Assembly: GCA_905178155.1 (NCBI GenBank) | Contig: CAJINV010000006.1 | Location: 378,398-442,397, forward strand | Source of the DNA: Amoebophrya sp. A120 | Lineage: Eukaryota; Protista; Dinoflagellata | Reading direction: 5' to 3' | DNA: 64,000 nucleotides | Shown here: piece by piece, positions 47,301-62,300 of the stretch | How the letters are laid out: each line of letters begins with the position of its first letter | Position numbering within the stretch: the first letter of the stretch is position 1 | Position numbers and translations under genes: made by a program | The notes under the pieces: generated by a model | What the model was told of the DNA's origin: nothing | Database searches by the model: none | Seen by the model: the letters and a program-made list of their open reading frames with translations, nothing else

Positions 47301-50300
47301 TCCAACAAACGCCGGTTGCCGGACTTCTCGGCCTCGGCCATCAGTATCCAAGAAAAAAACGTTGTAGGTGTAACTCTTTTGAAGGAACAGCATCACAAAT
47401 CTGTCTGGCATGACAGCAAAAACCTGTCATGCGCAGATAGTATGCGAAAACGCCCTGCACAAGGCCCTACAATGCATGCCAAGCATGACAGACGCAATCA
47501 TTTTGCATGTTGCGCATCACAAATTTACACTAACAACGTTTTTTTCTTGGATAATCAGGCTGCGCCGGTAGTCCTCGACCACCCAGGTCTATCCCACGAA
47601 AAAAGTGTTACAGTTACGCATTTGTATGTCAATTCAGCAACACAAATTTCTCTGCATGAGAGAGAAAACTTGCAATGCAGAAATCCTACGGGAAAACACC
47701 TATGAAAGGAGGCTCCTATGCATATCCGGCATGACAGAGCTTATCTGTCTTGCTTGGCCTGCAAAGACTATGTGTGTAACTGTAACACTTTTTCCTCAGG
47801 ATAAGGTCTGCGGGATGCCGGTCAGGTGGCGGACGTAGTATGCATTGCAAAAGTATCGTACTCGTATAAATGCATTACAAATTCCCTCAGCATGAGAAAT
47901 AAAATTTGTCATGCGGATTTACCTTAGGAAAAAAATTTGTAATGCATGACTGCAATTACTACGAGTACGAGACTTTTGCACAGGATACGTAGGTCGGCAC
48001 GTGGATGTCGGGGCGCTGCTGCATGCGGCGCCGGGTCTTATCAAATGCAAATATGTCTGGGTCTGGAAACTTGTGATGCAAGGAGGGGAATAGTGAAAAC
48101 ACTGTAATGCGCTGCCCAGCATGACAAGTGTTGCCGTGGTTCTGAGTTGCGTACTCCGCATGAGAAACTGCGTTTTTGCATGACAGGCAAGCGGAGCTCT
48201 TCGCGGCCACGCAATACAGAGTTCAGAGTCATGCCAGACTAGCATGACAAATCTCGCAATCTTCCAGACCCAGGCATATTTGCATTCGATAGGTCTTCAG
48301 CCCGAGCATGTTCATGGCTTCTTCCGTGGCCTTGATGTCCGCAATCTTGATCACGACCTTCTCGATGTCGGTCGCCTCGCGCTGCTTCTTCTTGCCGTGC
48401 TTGCAGTCTTCCGACATGTCCAGCTGGGTCGTTTCCGTTGCACCGGTGACCGGGTGGGTCACTTGGGTGGACACCGGGGTGGCGGGCATCTTGTTGCAGT
48501 CAAAGCCGTCCCCGATGCTGGCCGGGACGTAGGAGTCTCCGTCGTAGGCCATCTGGGACATGATCGCGTCGTTGGCCGCCGGGTCCACGGTCTGCTTCGG
48601 CTTGGACTCCTGCTGGTCCTTGTAGGCCAAGTTCTGCGCCGCGTTTTCCTCCGGGGTGGTAGACGGGTTGGCACCCTGTATCCTAAGTAAAAGCGCCCCC
48701 ACCCGCTAGTTGAGGTGGAAACTCTGCTAGACAAATCGACAAGCTTTGGTTGTTGCGCATGACAAATTTTGCCCCGCAAAGTAGTCGGCTTTAGCTAGTG
48801 CACCAGCTGCATCACAGATCGAGCGTCTTATGCTGACTCAAGCATGACAAATCTCAAACACACCGAGCAAATGCTTCGCATCGGGTCTCCGCATGAGAAA
48901 TATTCTGAGCATGCAGGTTTGCATTACAACTCGTTTGGGATCGTGGGGACGTTTTTACACGGGATATCCTGGTCCCCGTAGTAGGACCCGTTGTTGAACA
49001 TGTTAATCAGGGTATCGCGAGGAAAAATCCCCCCTCCCCATATTGACAAAGTACGTTTTCGAAAATTTGTGTTGCTGATTTGTGGCCACAAATCGTCTCT
49101 GTGTTGCATGGAGGCAACTCCACAGACAGCCGCCGCATTCTACAGGCGGTCTGTCATGCTGTTGCTCCTACAGCGTAGACGTCTGTCATGCTGAGCGCCT
49201 GGGCCAAAATCTGTCTACTCAGGCTTGATATGGGCCTGCAGTCCTCGCCAGCAAGACAAATCTGATTTGTGTACACAAATCCAGCATCAGAAACTTCGTT
49301 TTGATATGGGGAGGGGGGAAATTTTCATTCTGATACAAGGTCACGTTGTTTCCGGAGTACACCGTCATCTTCTTGGTCTCGTTCCCCGGAATCGGCACCG
49401 TCTTGAAGTCCTTCGGCGTCACCTTTCCGCCGGTCTTGTTGTAAGCCGGCATGTTGGTAGCTGCGAAGGGCGGCAAGGTCGCCGGCGGAGCGGTGTAGAC
49501 CGACGGCATGTTCTGGTTGGCCGTCGCTTGCGCGGCGTTGTCCATCTGCAAGGGGGCGCCCGTCGTGGCCGGCTGGTCCGCATACATGTTGAACGCCACC
49601 GTCGTGTAGGGTTGGGTCCTATGCAAGAAAAAACATGTGTAAATGTAACTTTGTCTTGCAGATGTTGCAATACAGTTGCACTTGTCATGCTGGATGTGTA
49701 CTATCAGAGGCTATTTTAATACGTGTTCCCACGTACCAGCTACGCATGACAGGTTTTCTTTGTCATGCAAAAAAAATCTGTGATGCTGTTCCTCCAAGAA
49801 AGTTACACTTACACAGTTTTTTTCTTGGATAGGTCGACGGCATGTAGGTGCTCGTTTCGTAGTACATCGGCGGCGTGGTGTCGCCCGGCTGCGTATCAAA
49901 TGCAAACATGTTTGGGTCTGAAAGAATGCAAGAACTTGTGATGCTGCATTTGAATTCCACACAAGTCCTCTATTGTATGAGCAGCAAAGGGAATGCATTT
50001 CCAATTTTTGCTACGCGGTACTAATACGGGTATTTGTCATGCGCAATAGGCATCAAGAAGCTGCCCTCAAAAATCTGTGATGCTAGGGCATGCATCACAG
50101 ATCGCTCATGGCTCGTGCAAAACTTGCATGACAAACCCTTAGAATCTTCCAGACACAGATCGATATTTGCATTTGATACTGTGCGGTGGTGGCCCACCAG
50201 GGGGTCATAGTGGAAGACGAAGTGAAAGAACCGCCGAAGAAGGTGTTCATCATGTTGGTCGGTGACATGGTCGTGTAGGGCGAATTTTCCGCCGGCGCGC

Positions 50301-53300
50301 CGGTCGTCGCTTCCGAAAACGAGTTCATCATCGGAGAATACGTCGTCGCCCACTGGTTGTCATAGGTCGCCGGACCCGGGCCGGTGGTTCCGCCCATGTT
50401 GCCCTGAGAAGTGCCCATCGGCATACCACCATCGTCGTGCGGGAGCTGACGCTTGTGGGCACGGTCGGCGAACAACCGTCGGACCCGGTTGTCGTACATG
50501 TCGGTGGAGGTAACGTAGGGCGATTCCCAATTGTCCTTCGCCGCGTCGTCGGTCATAGCCGATTCCTGATCCAAGCCGTCCGTCGGATTGTATTCCGTGT
50601 TCGTGACCGCCTGCGCCTGCTCCTGTTGCTTCACGTGCGCCTTGATTTCGTTGGCATCCCCTTCCGCGGCGGTCTCAATCCCGTTCTCCAGGTTGTCAAA
50701 CGTCGCCTGCGCGGGCAGCTGCGCACCGTCGGTGATCAATTTTTGTTCCGGGCAAGTCAGCGTGTGGGAACCGGTCGCGGACGGGCGGATCATTTGCTTC
50801 TCGCCCGGGTTGTTTAACAACATACGGCGGGACCGCTCGTCGATCGCGGAGTCCAATAACAACACCTTGCCGAACCGCCGCGGGCCGTAGGCGATGGCGG
50901 CCAAACCCTCCTCGCTGCCTTCGATCAGGCCATTCAACCGCTCCTGCAGTGCGCGCTTCCGCTTGTTGCTGAACTTGGACTTGTAGGAAGACCGCATGTG
51001 GGTCTGCATCAGCTGACGCAGGTCCTTCGCGCCGCCGGTGTACATCTCCTGGGCGGCATATCGCCAGAAAAAAGTGTTTCACTGTAAGGATTTTGCAAGT
51101 TTTGCAACACAAGTTTGCTCTACATGACAGGGAAAACTTGTCATGCGAGGTTCCCGGCGAGGGAAAACACAGCTAAAAATCGCCTGTCTTGCATGTGTAG
51201 CAAGACAAACACTTCTGAGATACAGTTTCTGCATTACAAGTTTACAGTGAAACAGTTTTTTCTTGCGATACGGCACCGTTGCTGTTCGCGGCCATAGCGG
51301 CCGGAAGCTCGACCTGGGCCTGATCCGTGTCGCACTTGGCCGTGTTGTCGATCTCACCCTGTTATGCAGTGCAAATATGTCTGAATTTGGAAGAGTGCAG
51401 GAGTTTGTCATGCACATGCTGCATGACTCGTGATGTCTGTGATGTATGAGCCACCAGCATCACAGATTTTCTGACTGGCTCTTGATGCCTGTCCCGCATG
51501 AGAAATGCACTCTTCTTCGTGTAGCAACAACTGGAGTTATCCTCTTGCCGCTCATGCAACACAGATTTTCGTAGAATCCAAAAATAGCAATTACAAGTTG
51601 CATTCTTCCAGACCTCCGAGACATATTTGCAATGCATACCTCCTTCTCCGCCGCGTTGTTGGTAACGGACCGCTTCGGGACGACCTCATCTTCACCGCCA
51701 GAGCCGGCGACGGGGTTATGGATTGTAAAAATGTCTGGGTCTGGAAGAGTGCATGTTTGTCATGCTTGTCTGGCATGACTCTCAAATCTGTCATGCACGT
51801 TACCCAAGAGCGCCGTTTTTCTGTCATGTAGAAACGCAGTTGGTCATGCAGAATAGGCAACACCTAGAAGCTCAGAAACTTGTCATGCTGAGCGAGCACT
51901 TGTGGCCTCCTCATGATACGCCACCCAGCATCACAAGTTTCCAGACCCAGACATTTTTGCATTTGATAGGGGTTGTCGTTCTGCATTTCTTCCCACTCCA
52001 TGTCGCATTCCTCATCCGCTTATCCTGTGCAAAAGCATCCGGTTATAATGCTCGTACGTAGTAGAATCGCAATCCTGCAAGACAAATTTCCTTCCCAACT
52101 TAAACCAGCATGGCAACTTCCATTTGTCATGCTGCGCGAACTTGTATTGCAATTTTCCCACTGTTGTACTAGCAGATCGGATGCTTTTGCATTTCATACC
52201 GCTTCGTCCTGCGACATGCCGTCGTTGTCGATCATATCGGGCTTGCAGCCGTTCTTGAATTCGGTCTTCGTCATGGTGTATCAAATGCAAAAATGTCGGG
52301 GTCTGGAAGAGTCATGCTGTTTTTGCATGACACAGAAGGTCTGGCATGGAAGCTGTTGCATCACAGGCTTCGAGAAGCTTCCGCAATGCCGAATACGCAT
52401 GACAAATGCCCCATTTTGGTGACAGATCGTGGGCAGCTTTTGCTGCCTATGCATGAGAGATTTTTTTGTGTTTTGAAATGCGCATCACAAGTTTGCATTC
52501 TTCCAGACCCAGACATTTTTGCAATCCATATGGTGAACTTCTCGGGCTCCAGCACGTCCGCAGGCGGGCTCTCTTTGCCCCCCTGCGTCATCTCCAACGT
52601 CTTGGTCATCGCCTCCGCCTCTTCATACGCAATGGTGCGCACGGCGGTGTATGCACTGCAAAAATGTCTGGGTCTGGACATTTGTGATGCTGAATTGAGC
52701 ATGATTGAGGCGCTTGCAATGGCAGCCAGGCATGACAAGTTTTGGACGCGCCTGCTGATGCCTACCGCGCATCACAAATTGCGTTTTTGCATGACAAAGC
52801 AAGCTCTTCTTTTGCTGCTTATGCAACACAGATTTTTTAGGAAATGCGAGACACGCATCACAAGTTCCACTGTTCCAGGCCCAGCCATTTTTGCATTTGA
52901 TACGGTGGTCTCCTTGGCCACATCCGGGTCATCCTTGGGCGCCTTGTACGGCTCCACGGTAGTGCCGGCCGCGCGGGCCTTCATGGTCTCGCGGGTGGCG
53001 TTGCGGACGGCCTCCTTCATCGCGATATCGTCGACGACATGCTGCTATGCATTGCAAATTTCTCTGGGTCTGGAAGAATGGAAGTTTGTCATGCTTGTCT
53101 CTCATGATTCCGAACTCTGTGATGCATGAGCAGGATGGGAGTCTCGTCTTGCCTGTCATGGAAAAGCGCAGTTTGCCATGCAGAACTCGCAACACATAGC
53201 AGCTCAAGAACTTGTCATGCTTGGCTGGGTATTGCAGTGCGTCCACCATTTCCAAGCCAGCATCACAAGTTTCCCGGCCCAGACATATTTGCATTTGATA

Positions 53301-56300
53301 GCTGCATGGTCATGTTGCGGCAGTACGCGATGAACGGCGCGCCCTGGTTCTGGATCTTCTTTTCATACCGTTTATCAAATGCAAATATGTCTGGGTCTGG
53401 AACATTCTAAACTTGTGATGCTGTCTCTGGATTCTGATAAAATTTGTATTGCATGACACGCAAGAGGACAGCAGTTTTTTCCACGCGGAAAGGGCATTTC
53501 TCACGCGGTAGAGGTATCACAAAGCGCTCTCAAAATCGGCGATGCTATGGCACGCATCAAAGACGTCATGGGTCATCGAAAATATGCATGACAAATCTAG
53601 AAATCTTCCAGACCCAGACACTTTTGCATTTGATACCGTTCCTGAGCATCAAAGTTCTCGTGGCGCTGGCGCTCGGACTCCGGATCCTCGGTTAAGCCCT
53701 TGGTGGACTGCTTCATCTGCGATTTCGTCTCATTCACGCGCTTCAAAACGCCAGAAACCGAATCCACTGCAAATATGATCCCTGGTTTTCTGGAGCAGTG
53801 CAACTTGTAATGCTGCCTGTGGATTCAAAAAAAATCTGTATTGCATGAGCAGCAAGAGGAGTCCAGCTTTTGTTGCGCGGAGGGGGCTAGGGAATTTCTC
53901 ATGCGGGATAGGCATTAGGAAGCCCGCAAAATGAACTCTGTGATGCTAGGGCATGCCTGACAGACATGAGGGGTTAGGCAAAATGTGCATGACAAACGTT
54001 GCACTCTTCCAGATCCAGATCTTCGATATTTGCAATGCATAAACCGCTTCGCACGCGCTGTCCAAGAACTGCGGGGGGACACCGACCGTGGTGAGCAGCT
54101 GCGGCGACGGAGCTTCGTCAGCCGCCGGCTTCGGGATCTTCTTCCCATAACTGTCGGTCACCATGGTACCGGCGTCGTTGGTCACGTACTTGTCGTTCGC
54201 GACGCCAACAGCAATCTTACCCGAGTCGTGGTCGGTCAACATGCGGCGAAGAGTGGAATCTTCCTGCAAAACCCGGCGGAAGTGCTCTGGCCTGGCGAAC
54301 CCGTCCTCGGAGAGTTGACGCGCACGCATGAGCAACATCCTCCGGCCGGTGTGGACGACGGCGGTGGTGAGCGCCTCGGTGGCGGCGGCGGAGTCGGCTA
54401 TTATCAAATGCAAACATGTCTGGGTCTGGAAGAATGCAAGTTTGTCATGCTTGTCTGGCATGACTCGAGAATCTGTGTTGCATAGGCACAAGGAGGCCCT
54501 CTTACCTGTCATGCAAAAACGCAGCTTGCCATCCGGAATACGTAAGACATGGGAGCCAAAAAATTTGTCATGCATAGCTGCGTATTGCAGTGCGTCTCCC
54601 ATTCACTTTTGGCATTACAACTTTCCAGACCCAGACATTTTTGCAATCCATAGCCATGGCGGTCTTCAAATTCTCCGCGGTCTTCATGTCTTTCATGGCC
54701 GCATTATGACAGTGCACAACCACCCTTCCTCCTCGTTTGTCATGCAAAATCCCAAATCCAAATGCTTCCCTGTGGCACTGTTTGCATGACAGATTACGGA
54801 AGCCCCAGTAGTACCGCACAAGGCGCATGAACTTGTCATGCACAGGCTCAACGCGTTATGGTGTTTGTATTGCTGCTCATGCAATAAAAATGAGGTGGAG
54901 AGGGGGTTGTACACAGTCATACGCGTCCTCCTCCGCCTGCTGCTGGTCCATGTCCGCGGGCATGGTCGGCGCCTCCGACGCATCGGTCTCGGCGGCAACA
55001 CCCACCGGGGCGTGCATGTTCTGCTGGGACACCGTGGTCTTCCCGCCACTCGCCTCCTTGAACTGCCCCTTGGCGCATTCCTCGGTCTTGCACCCGCCCT
55101 CTTCTGTCATCAACTTGTGGCAGACGTAGTCGTTCTGCGGAACCTCTTCCCCCTGGGTCTGCGCGGACGTGCCTTCCTCGGCCATGCGCGAGAACTCCAT
55201 CAGATCCTCATGGGAAATATGAGCGGCAAAAGTATCGCACTCGTAGTAATTGCAGTCACGCATTACAAATCCTTTTCTTACGGTAAATCCGCATTACAAA
55301 GTTTATTTGTTTCTCACGCTGAGCAAATTTGTAATGCATTTATACGAGCACGATACTTTTGCAATTCATACGAGATCTTCGCGGAGTTTTCCGCCTCCCC
55401 GGCGGCCGGGATGTCGCCCCGGCCGGTGGACATCTTCTGCATAATCACCGGCATCACGCGGGAGAGCTCGTCGCACGCCTTCTGGTCGACGGTTTCCTTT
55501 ATCAAATGCAAATAGCCCTGCATGTCTGGAAGATTCATTTGTCATGCACGTTTTGCATGAGCCCTGATGTCTGTGATGCATGCCCTAGCATCACAGATTT
55601 TTATCCGAGGGCTTCTTGATGCCTATTCCGCATGAGAAATGCCCTCTCCGCGTAGCAAAAACTACACTTCCTTTGCTGCTCATGCAATACAGATTTTTTT
55701 GGAATCCAAGTGCAGCATCACAGGTTGCATGCTTCCAGACCCAGACATATTTGGTTTTGATATCCTTGGGGCCCGCTGCGTCGGCGCACTTCATGTCGTA
55801 ATCCATAATGTCGGTCATGGTGACATACCCGGCCATGGTCGGGTCCTTCTTGTCCGGAGGGTTCAAAGCCTCCCACAGACCGCCGGAGTCCGCCTTCGCC
55901 TTGTTGACCTCCGCCCGCATTTCGCCCGACGGGATCTGGTGGAAGATATGCATTGTAAATCTGTCTGGGTCTGGAAACCTGTGATGCTCAATTGAGCATG
56001 ATTGAAGCCCTTGCAGTGGCAGCCAAGCATGACAAGTTTTTGAGACGTCTGCTGATGTCTAGCACGCATCACAAATTGCGTTGTCGGATCACAAAGCAAG
56101 CTTTTCTTTTGCTGCTCATGCAACACAGATTTTCCCAGAATTATGCAGGACACGCATAACAAGTTCCACTTTTCCAGACCCAGACATTCTTGCATTTGAT
56201 AGAAGATCGCCTCGTGCAAGTCCGCATCGCCGTATTTCCGGACCATGTGCTCCAAGTGCGCCGCTATGAATTGCAAAAATGTCTGGGTCTGGAAAGTTGG

Positions 56301-59300
56301 AACCTGTAATGCTGGTCCTGCGTTCCTGTGAAATCTGTTGTATTGCATGACCAACAAACGTAGTAGCCTCTCCCGTCATACGAAAACGCAGCTTCTCATG
56401 CGGAGTTCTTATGAGAAAGCGCGCTGCAAACTTGTCATGCCTTCCTGCATAAGAGAGTGACTTCCTCTTGCACATTTTAGCAACACAAATTTCCAGACCC
56501 AGACATAGTTGCATTTGATAGCCGCCTCGGCGACGCCGGGGGACACGCAGGGCTTGGACTCTTCCTTCATCAAGTGGTCTGCGAGCGCCGGGTATCAAAT
56601 TGAAACAAGCCCCCTCCCCATATTGAAACGGAAATTTCTGTTGCTGGATTTGTGTACACAAATCAGCGCTGTATTGCAGCAAGCGCTTGCAAGCATTTCC
56701 TAAGCCTGATTAGCTATGCAGAAGGCTAGCACTGAGGCATGAGAGACAGCTCTGCAGTAGGCAAAATCGCATGACAGCTTGGCTGTGGAATGCGCCACAC
56801 GGCTACCATTTGCCCCGTACGCAAGAGAAAGCTGATTTGTGGTCACAAATCAGCATCACAAATTTCAATTGTGAGTAAGGGGAGGCGGGATTTTTCCTCA
56901 CGATACCGGGTGCTTCAATTCGTGGCGCTTAAACTCGCCGCCGAACGCAAGGCTGATCTGGTACTGCTATCAAATGCAAACGTGTCTGGGTCTGGAAGGT
57001 TGTCATGCACATTTCGCATGACTCTCGATGTCTGTGACGCATGCCGCAGCATCACAGATTTTATGAGCGCTTCCTGATGCATGCCTATACTGCATCAGAA
57101 ATGCCCTCTCGCCGTGGCAAAAAACTGGACCTCTTTTGCTGCTCATGCAATACAGATTTTTTGCAGAAGCCAAATCCAGCATCACAAGTTGCATACTTCC
57201 AGACCCAGACATCTTTGCAATGCATAACTGCATCAGCATGCCGACGTTTTCACTCGCAAACTGCCCGCAGTACTGGTTCGCCTGCTCCTCGCCCATATCG
57301 TACCCCATTTCCGGATCGTAGGCCGGCAACGCCAAGTACTCCTTCGTGAACTCCTTGCAGTTCTGCGTCAAAACCAGGTGGGACTCGGCGAACTTCTTCA
57401 ACTCGTTCTCCATAGACCCGTCACCAGGCGACAGGCAGGTCTTGCCGCACGCCTTCTCCTTGACCTCCGCCGGTGGGGGGTCGCGCTCGTCGTCATCCTT
57501 CTCAGATTCGTCGAACGCGTCATCCGGAACGGGCACGCCGTTCTCGCACACCAATCCAGGCTTCAAATCGTCCAGGTGCACCTGGGCGTTCTCGATCCGG
57601 CCCACTCCCGCGGGGCCCTCGAATTTGTGCTCCTCGCCGAGCACGTCCGCCAGCCCCTGCGGCACGTTGGGGTCTTCCGGATCGAAGTTGGGGCAGAAGG
57701 CCTGACCGGCATGGTATTCCTCGAAGAAGCTCGGGGTGTAGCCCATGGTTTCCGGATCGTACAGAATGGCCTTCACGCACTCCTGTTTCCGCTCCGACGG
57801 GAAACCGTCATCTTCGATCGTGGTCGCGTTGTTCTTCCAGGAGACCGCGAGGTAGCATATGGGGGTGTCAGGATCGAAATCGACAAAGTTCAAAGAATCT
57901 GTGATGCATAAAATGCAAGGCGCGTGGTGACTGTCATGCGGGGATGGCAAGAGAGGCCGATTCGATAAAAAGCCTTTTGAGGGGTAGAAGACATAGAGCT
58001 GCTTAAGTAGCATGACAGAACCTCTTCTCTCTGCCCAAACAGCATGACAGACTGGATTTAGGTGTAGTTGCCAAGAAAATTTGTCATGCGCCGCGTAGCA
58101 ATTGGGTTCCGCCTGGTATCGGTTTTATGCATGGCAAATCAGTTCAACTTTGTCGATTTCAATCCTGACGCTTCCATATAGCACAGGTCGTGCGTGTACC
58201 AAGCGGTGGTGTCAACGGTTTGGTTCACCGAGGTCATGTATCAACTGCAAAGATCCCTGGATGTTGTCTGGAACAAGAGTGTAAACTTGTCATGCAGGTT
58301 TTCCATGACCCATGAGGTCTGGAATGCGGGACCTCGCATGACAGACTCTGTGAGCAGGTGGTCTCTGTCATGCCTATACTGCACGAGAAACTCCCTCCCA
58401 ACTTCGTCGAAATAGTGGACAGCTAGTTTATTTGGCACTCATGCAACACAGATTTCTGTATGATGCGGATTTAGCATGACAAGTTGCAATCTTCCAGAGG
58501 ACCCAGACGTATTTGCAATCCATATCATCACCAAACTGTAAAACGTATTCGTCGCCTGGTCGAACAGGTTGTGGTTCATGACCTGCGTGATGTCGATGTT
58601 CTCATTTCCGGTATGGAAGTGTCAGAATCGAAATTGACAAAATCGAAAAATTCGTGATGCGCAAAATCGATGTCAGTTGGAGCCTCAGTTTCCAAGTGGC
58701 GCATGACAAATCTCGGGAGCGCCCAAATCCAGTCTGTCATGCTGTTTGGGCAAAGAAGTCTACTCCTGTAATGCTACTCTGGCAGCACATTGTATACCCC
58801 TAAAGCTAAACAGGCTTACAATCGGCCTCTCTTGCAATCCCTGCAAGACAGTCTTTTCGTGCCTTGCATTTTATGCATCACAAATTTTTCGACTTTGTCG
58901 ATTTCGCTCCTGACACATCCATATCCGGTCGGACCGTAGTACTCCGGAGTCGGGGTCGTGGCCATCAAAGCGGAGGAACTTCCGTCCGCGGCGGACGGCG
59001 CGGTGGTGTAGGTCACAGCCGAATGCGCCTCCACATACGTCGGGGCCGGGGTATGGAAGGGTCAGGATCGAAATCGTCAGAGTTGAAATAATTTGTGATG
59101 CATAAAACGGATACCAGTTGGAAGCCGAATTTCCAAGCGGTGCATGACAAATTTGGGTAGAACTGAAATCCAGTTTGTCATGCTGTTTGGGTAAGGAAGA
59201 CGCCTTTTGTCATTCTACTTTAGCGGCTCAGTTTCTACCCCTCAACAGGCTTACAATCTGCCTCACTTGCCTCTTCTGCAAGACAGGCACTCTGTGGGCT

Positions 59301-62300
59301 GCATTTTATGCATGACAAACTATTTGTTCAACTTTGACGGTTTCGATCCTGACGCCTCCATACGGGGTCGCGGGAGAGTAAGTCGTCACGACGCCCTGCT
59401 TATCAAATGTAAAAATGTCTGGGTCTGGAAGGATGCAAGGTTTGTCATGCACATCTTGCGTGACTCCTGACGTCTGCGATGCATGCCCTAGCATCACAGA
59501 TATTGCGAGGGCGTTCTGATGCCTATACCGCATGAGAAATGTCCTCTCGCCGTGGCCAAAACCAGGCCTCTTTTGCTGTTCATGCAATACAGATTTTTGG
59601 ATAATGCAGACGCAGCATCACAAGTTCCAATCTTCCAGACCCAGACATTTTTACATTTGATACTGCTGCGGCAGCATCAATGGGGCGGCAGTGCCACCCA
59701 CGCCCGGCGCGACAGTTCCGAGCGGAGTCGGCATGCCGGGCTCCACCTTGTCGTCCTGCATGTACGGCGGCGGTGGGGTGCCGTGGTCCAGCTTCCGCAA
59801 CTTCCCCTGCTTCTCCGCGAGCTGACGCGCGCGCAGGCGGCGGAGGTTGGTGTGGTACGTCTCGATCATTTCCAAGTTGCGGAACGGCTGACCCGGCTTG
59901 CCGGTCAACACGCGCATGGACCGGTGACGGACGCTATGAAAGTGCACAACTACTTCTCTCCCATTCATTTGGATGGCATCCGCAGCAACACAAGTCCTGG
60001 CACAGATGCAGCTTTCGCATGACAAATTATTTCCGACTGATTGTAGTGCTGTTTCGGCTTCCGGATGAATCTGTCATGCAAACAGTGCCACAGGGCAAAG
60101 GGTGGATTTGGGATTTTACATGACAAATGAGGAGGGTACTAGTTGTGCACTGTCATAGGAACCGAACTTGTGGTAAAATTCGTGCTCGAACACCTCGATC
60201 TGCTTGGCCTTGGTCTCTATCAAATGCAAATATGTCTGGGTCTCCTGGAAGAATCTGAAACTTGTCATGCAGATTTTCCATGATCCATGTCGTCTGGAAT
60301 GCAGGACCTAGCATGACAGATTCTGTGAGATGATCCCTATCATGCCTATTCTGCATGAGAAACTTCCTCTTCCCTTCTGGTCAAAAGTGGACAACTTTTG
60401 GCAGTCATGCAACACAGATTTTTCTGCATCGGATCCAGAATTAGCATTACAAGTTGCATCCTTCCAGACTCAGACATATTTGCAATCCATAGACTCGCCC
60501 AGCGCACGGCGGACCCGCATGCGGCGGCGCTCGCGGCGCATCCGGTTTTCGTGGCGCAGGTACTTGGTGTCCTGCCGGGACAGGCGGCGGAAGTTTATCA
60601 GAAGGAAAAATCCCCCCTCCCCATAGATATCGAAAAGAAAATTTGTGATGCTGATTCGTGACCACAAATCAGCTCTGTCTTGCGTACAAGGCAAATGGCA
60701 CCCATGCGGCGCATGGTGCAGCAAGTCTGTCATGCGATTTCGCCTATGTCAGACTTGTTTCTCATGCTCAGCTGCTAGCCGGATGCGTACCCAGAAAATG
60801 GGCTAAGAATGTGCCAACAAGCTCTTGCTGCAATACAGAGTCCTTCTGTGTACACAAATCCAGCAACACAAATTGTCTTTTGAATATGGGGTGGGGGGTT
60901 TTTTCACTTTGATAAAGTTGTTGGAATCCAACCGCTATCCACTGCAAAAGTATCGCACTCGTTGTAGTAATTGCAATCACGCATTACAAATCTTTTTCTT
61001 AAGCTAAATCCGCATTACAAATTTTATTTCTCATGCTGAGAAAATTTGTAATGCATTTATACGACGAGTACGGTACTTTTGCAAGGCATAACCGGTGCAT
61101 CCGCAAAGACCGGCGCTGCTGTATCCTGAGTAAAAACGTACCCACACCATAGTTGTCATGCAAATCTGCATGCTTAAAATGTTTGTCATGCGGAGCCCCA
61201 TGAGAAGCATTTTCTAAGGGTGTTTTGAAATTTGTCATGCTCCAATCAGCATGAGAGACTAGATCTGAAATGCTGCTGAACTAGCTCAAACAGCACTACA
61301 CTACGCGTCCAAATTTGTCATGCGAAACAAGCAAAGTTGGCCGATTTGTCTAGCAGATTTTCCATCTTGACTCTGGTGTGGGTACGATTTTACTCAGGAT
61401 ATGCTGCAAGCGGCGCGCGCGGCGCTGGGTCGGGGTGGACTGGCCGGTCGGCTTTTCCACCGGCTCGTACCCACCCTTGGACCGCCACGCTTCGAGAATC
61501 GCGCCGTGGCATTTCTTCTTCTGCTGCATGCAGGCTATGCATTGCAAATATGTTTGCGTCTGGAAAACTGGAACCTGTATTGCGTGTCTTGCACTCCTGT
61601 AAAATCTGCGTTGCATGACCAACATCAAGAGCGCGATGAATTCGTTTGTCTTGCAAGAACGCAGCTTCTGATGCGTGCCACGCACCATGGGGAAGCCTAC
61701 TAAAAATTTGTCATGCTTGGCTGCTCTCAGGTAAGTATGCTCAATCATCGGGACTCAGCATCACAACTTTCCAGACGTCCAGACATATTTGCATTTGATA
61801 CAGGGGCACTCGATCTCGTTCTTGTAGCGGCACACGTTCGCGAGAATGGACTTGCCGTTGGGGAGCATACCCACGAAGTGGCAGCGGCAGGTGGCAATGC
61901 ACCCCGGGCCCATCTTATCGGTCATCAAGTTGTGCGCATAGGTGTTCATCGGGTTCAAATCGAAGTTGTTGGTCGCTCCCAGCATGGGCATCTTGCGTTC
62001 CTTATCCTGATCAAAAACGTCCCCGCCCCGTAGTCAAGATGGAGGCTTTGCTACACAAATCCACAAGGTTTGGGCGTTGCGCATGACAAATTTCGGCGAG
62101 CAATTTAACCGTATTCAGCTAGTGTAGCTGCATCACAAACCGATCGCCTCCTCCTGATTTCAGCATGACAAACTCCCAGATAGCATTGTTGAAAAACGCT
62201 GACGCTCCTCATGGAACTGCGCATGAGAAACGTCCTAGGTTTGCTGATTTGCATGACAACTTTGGTGTGGGGGACATTTTTATTTGGGATACTCCTCCAG

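Noticed and set aside
51363-56520. Repeat/unique alternation resembling a CRISPR array
   Set aside because: The repeats are inverted ends of 150-330 bp elements with TSDs, the unique parts are exons that join in frame, and no cas genes are present.
57858-59362. Three of five family-C copies within 1.5 kb, suggesting local hopping
   Set aside because: The neighbours are clearly diverged and not obviously closer to each other than to distant copies.
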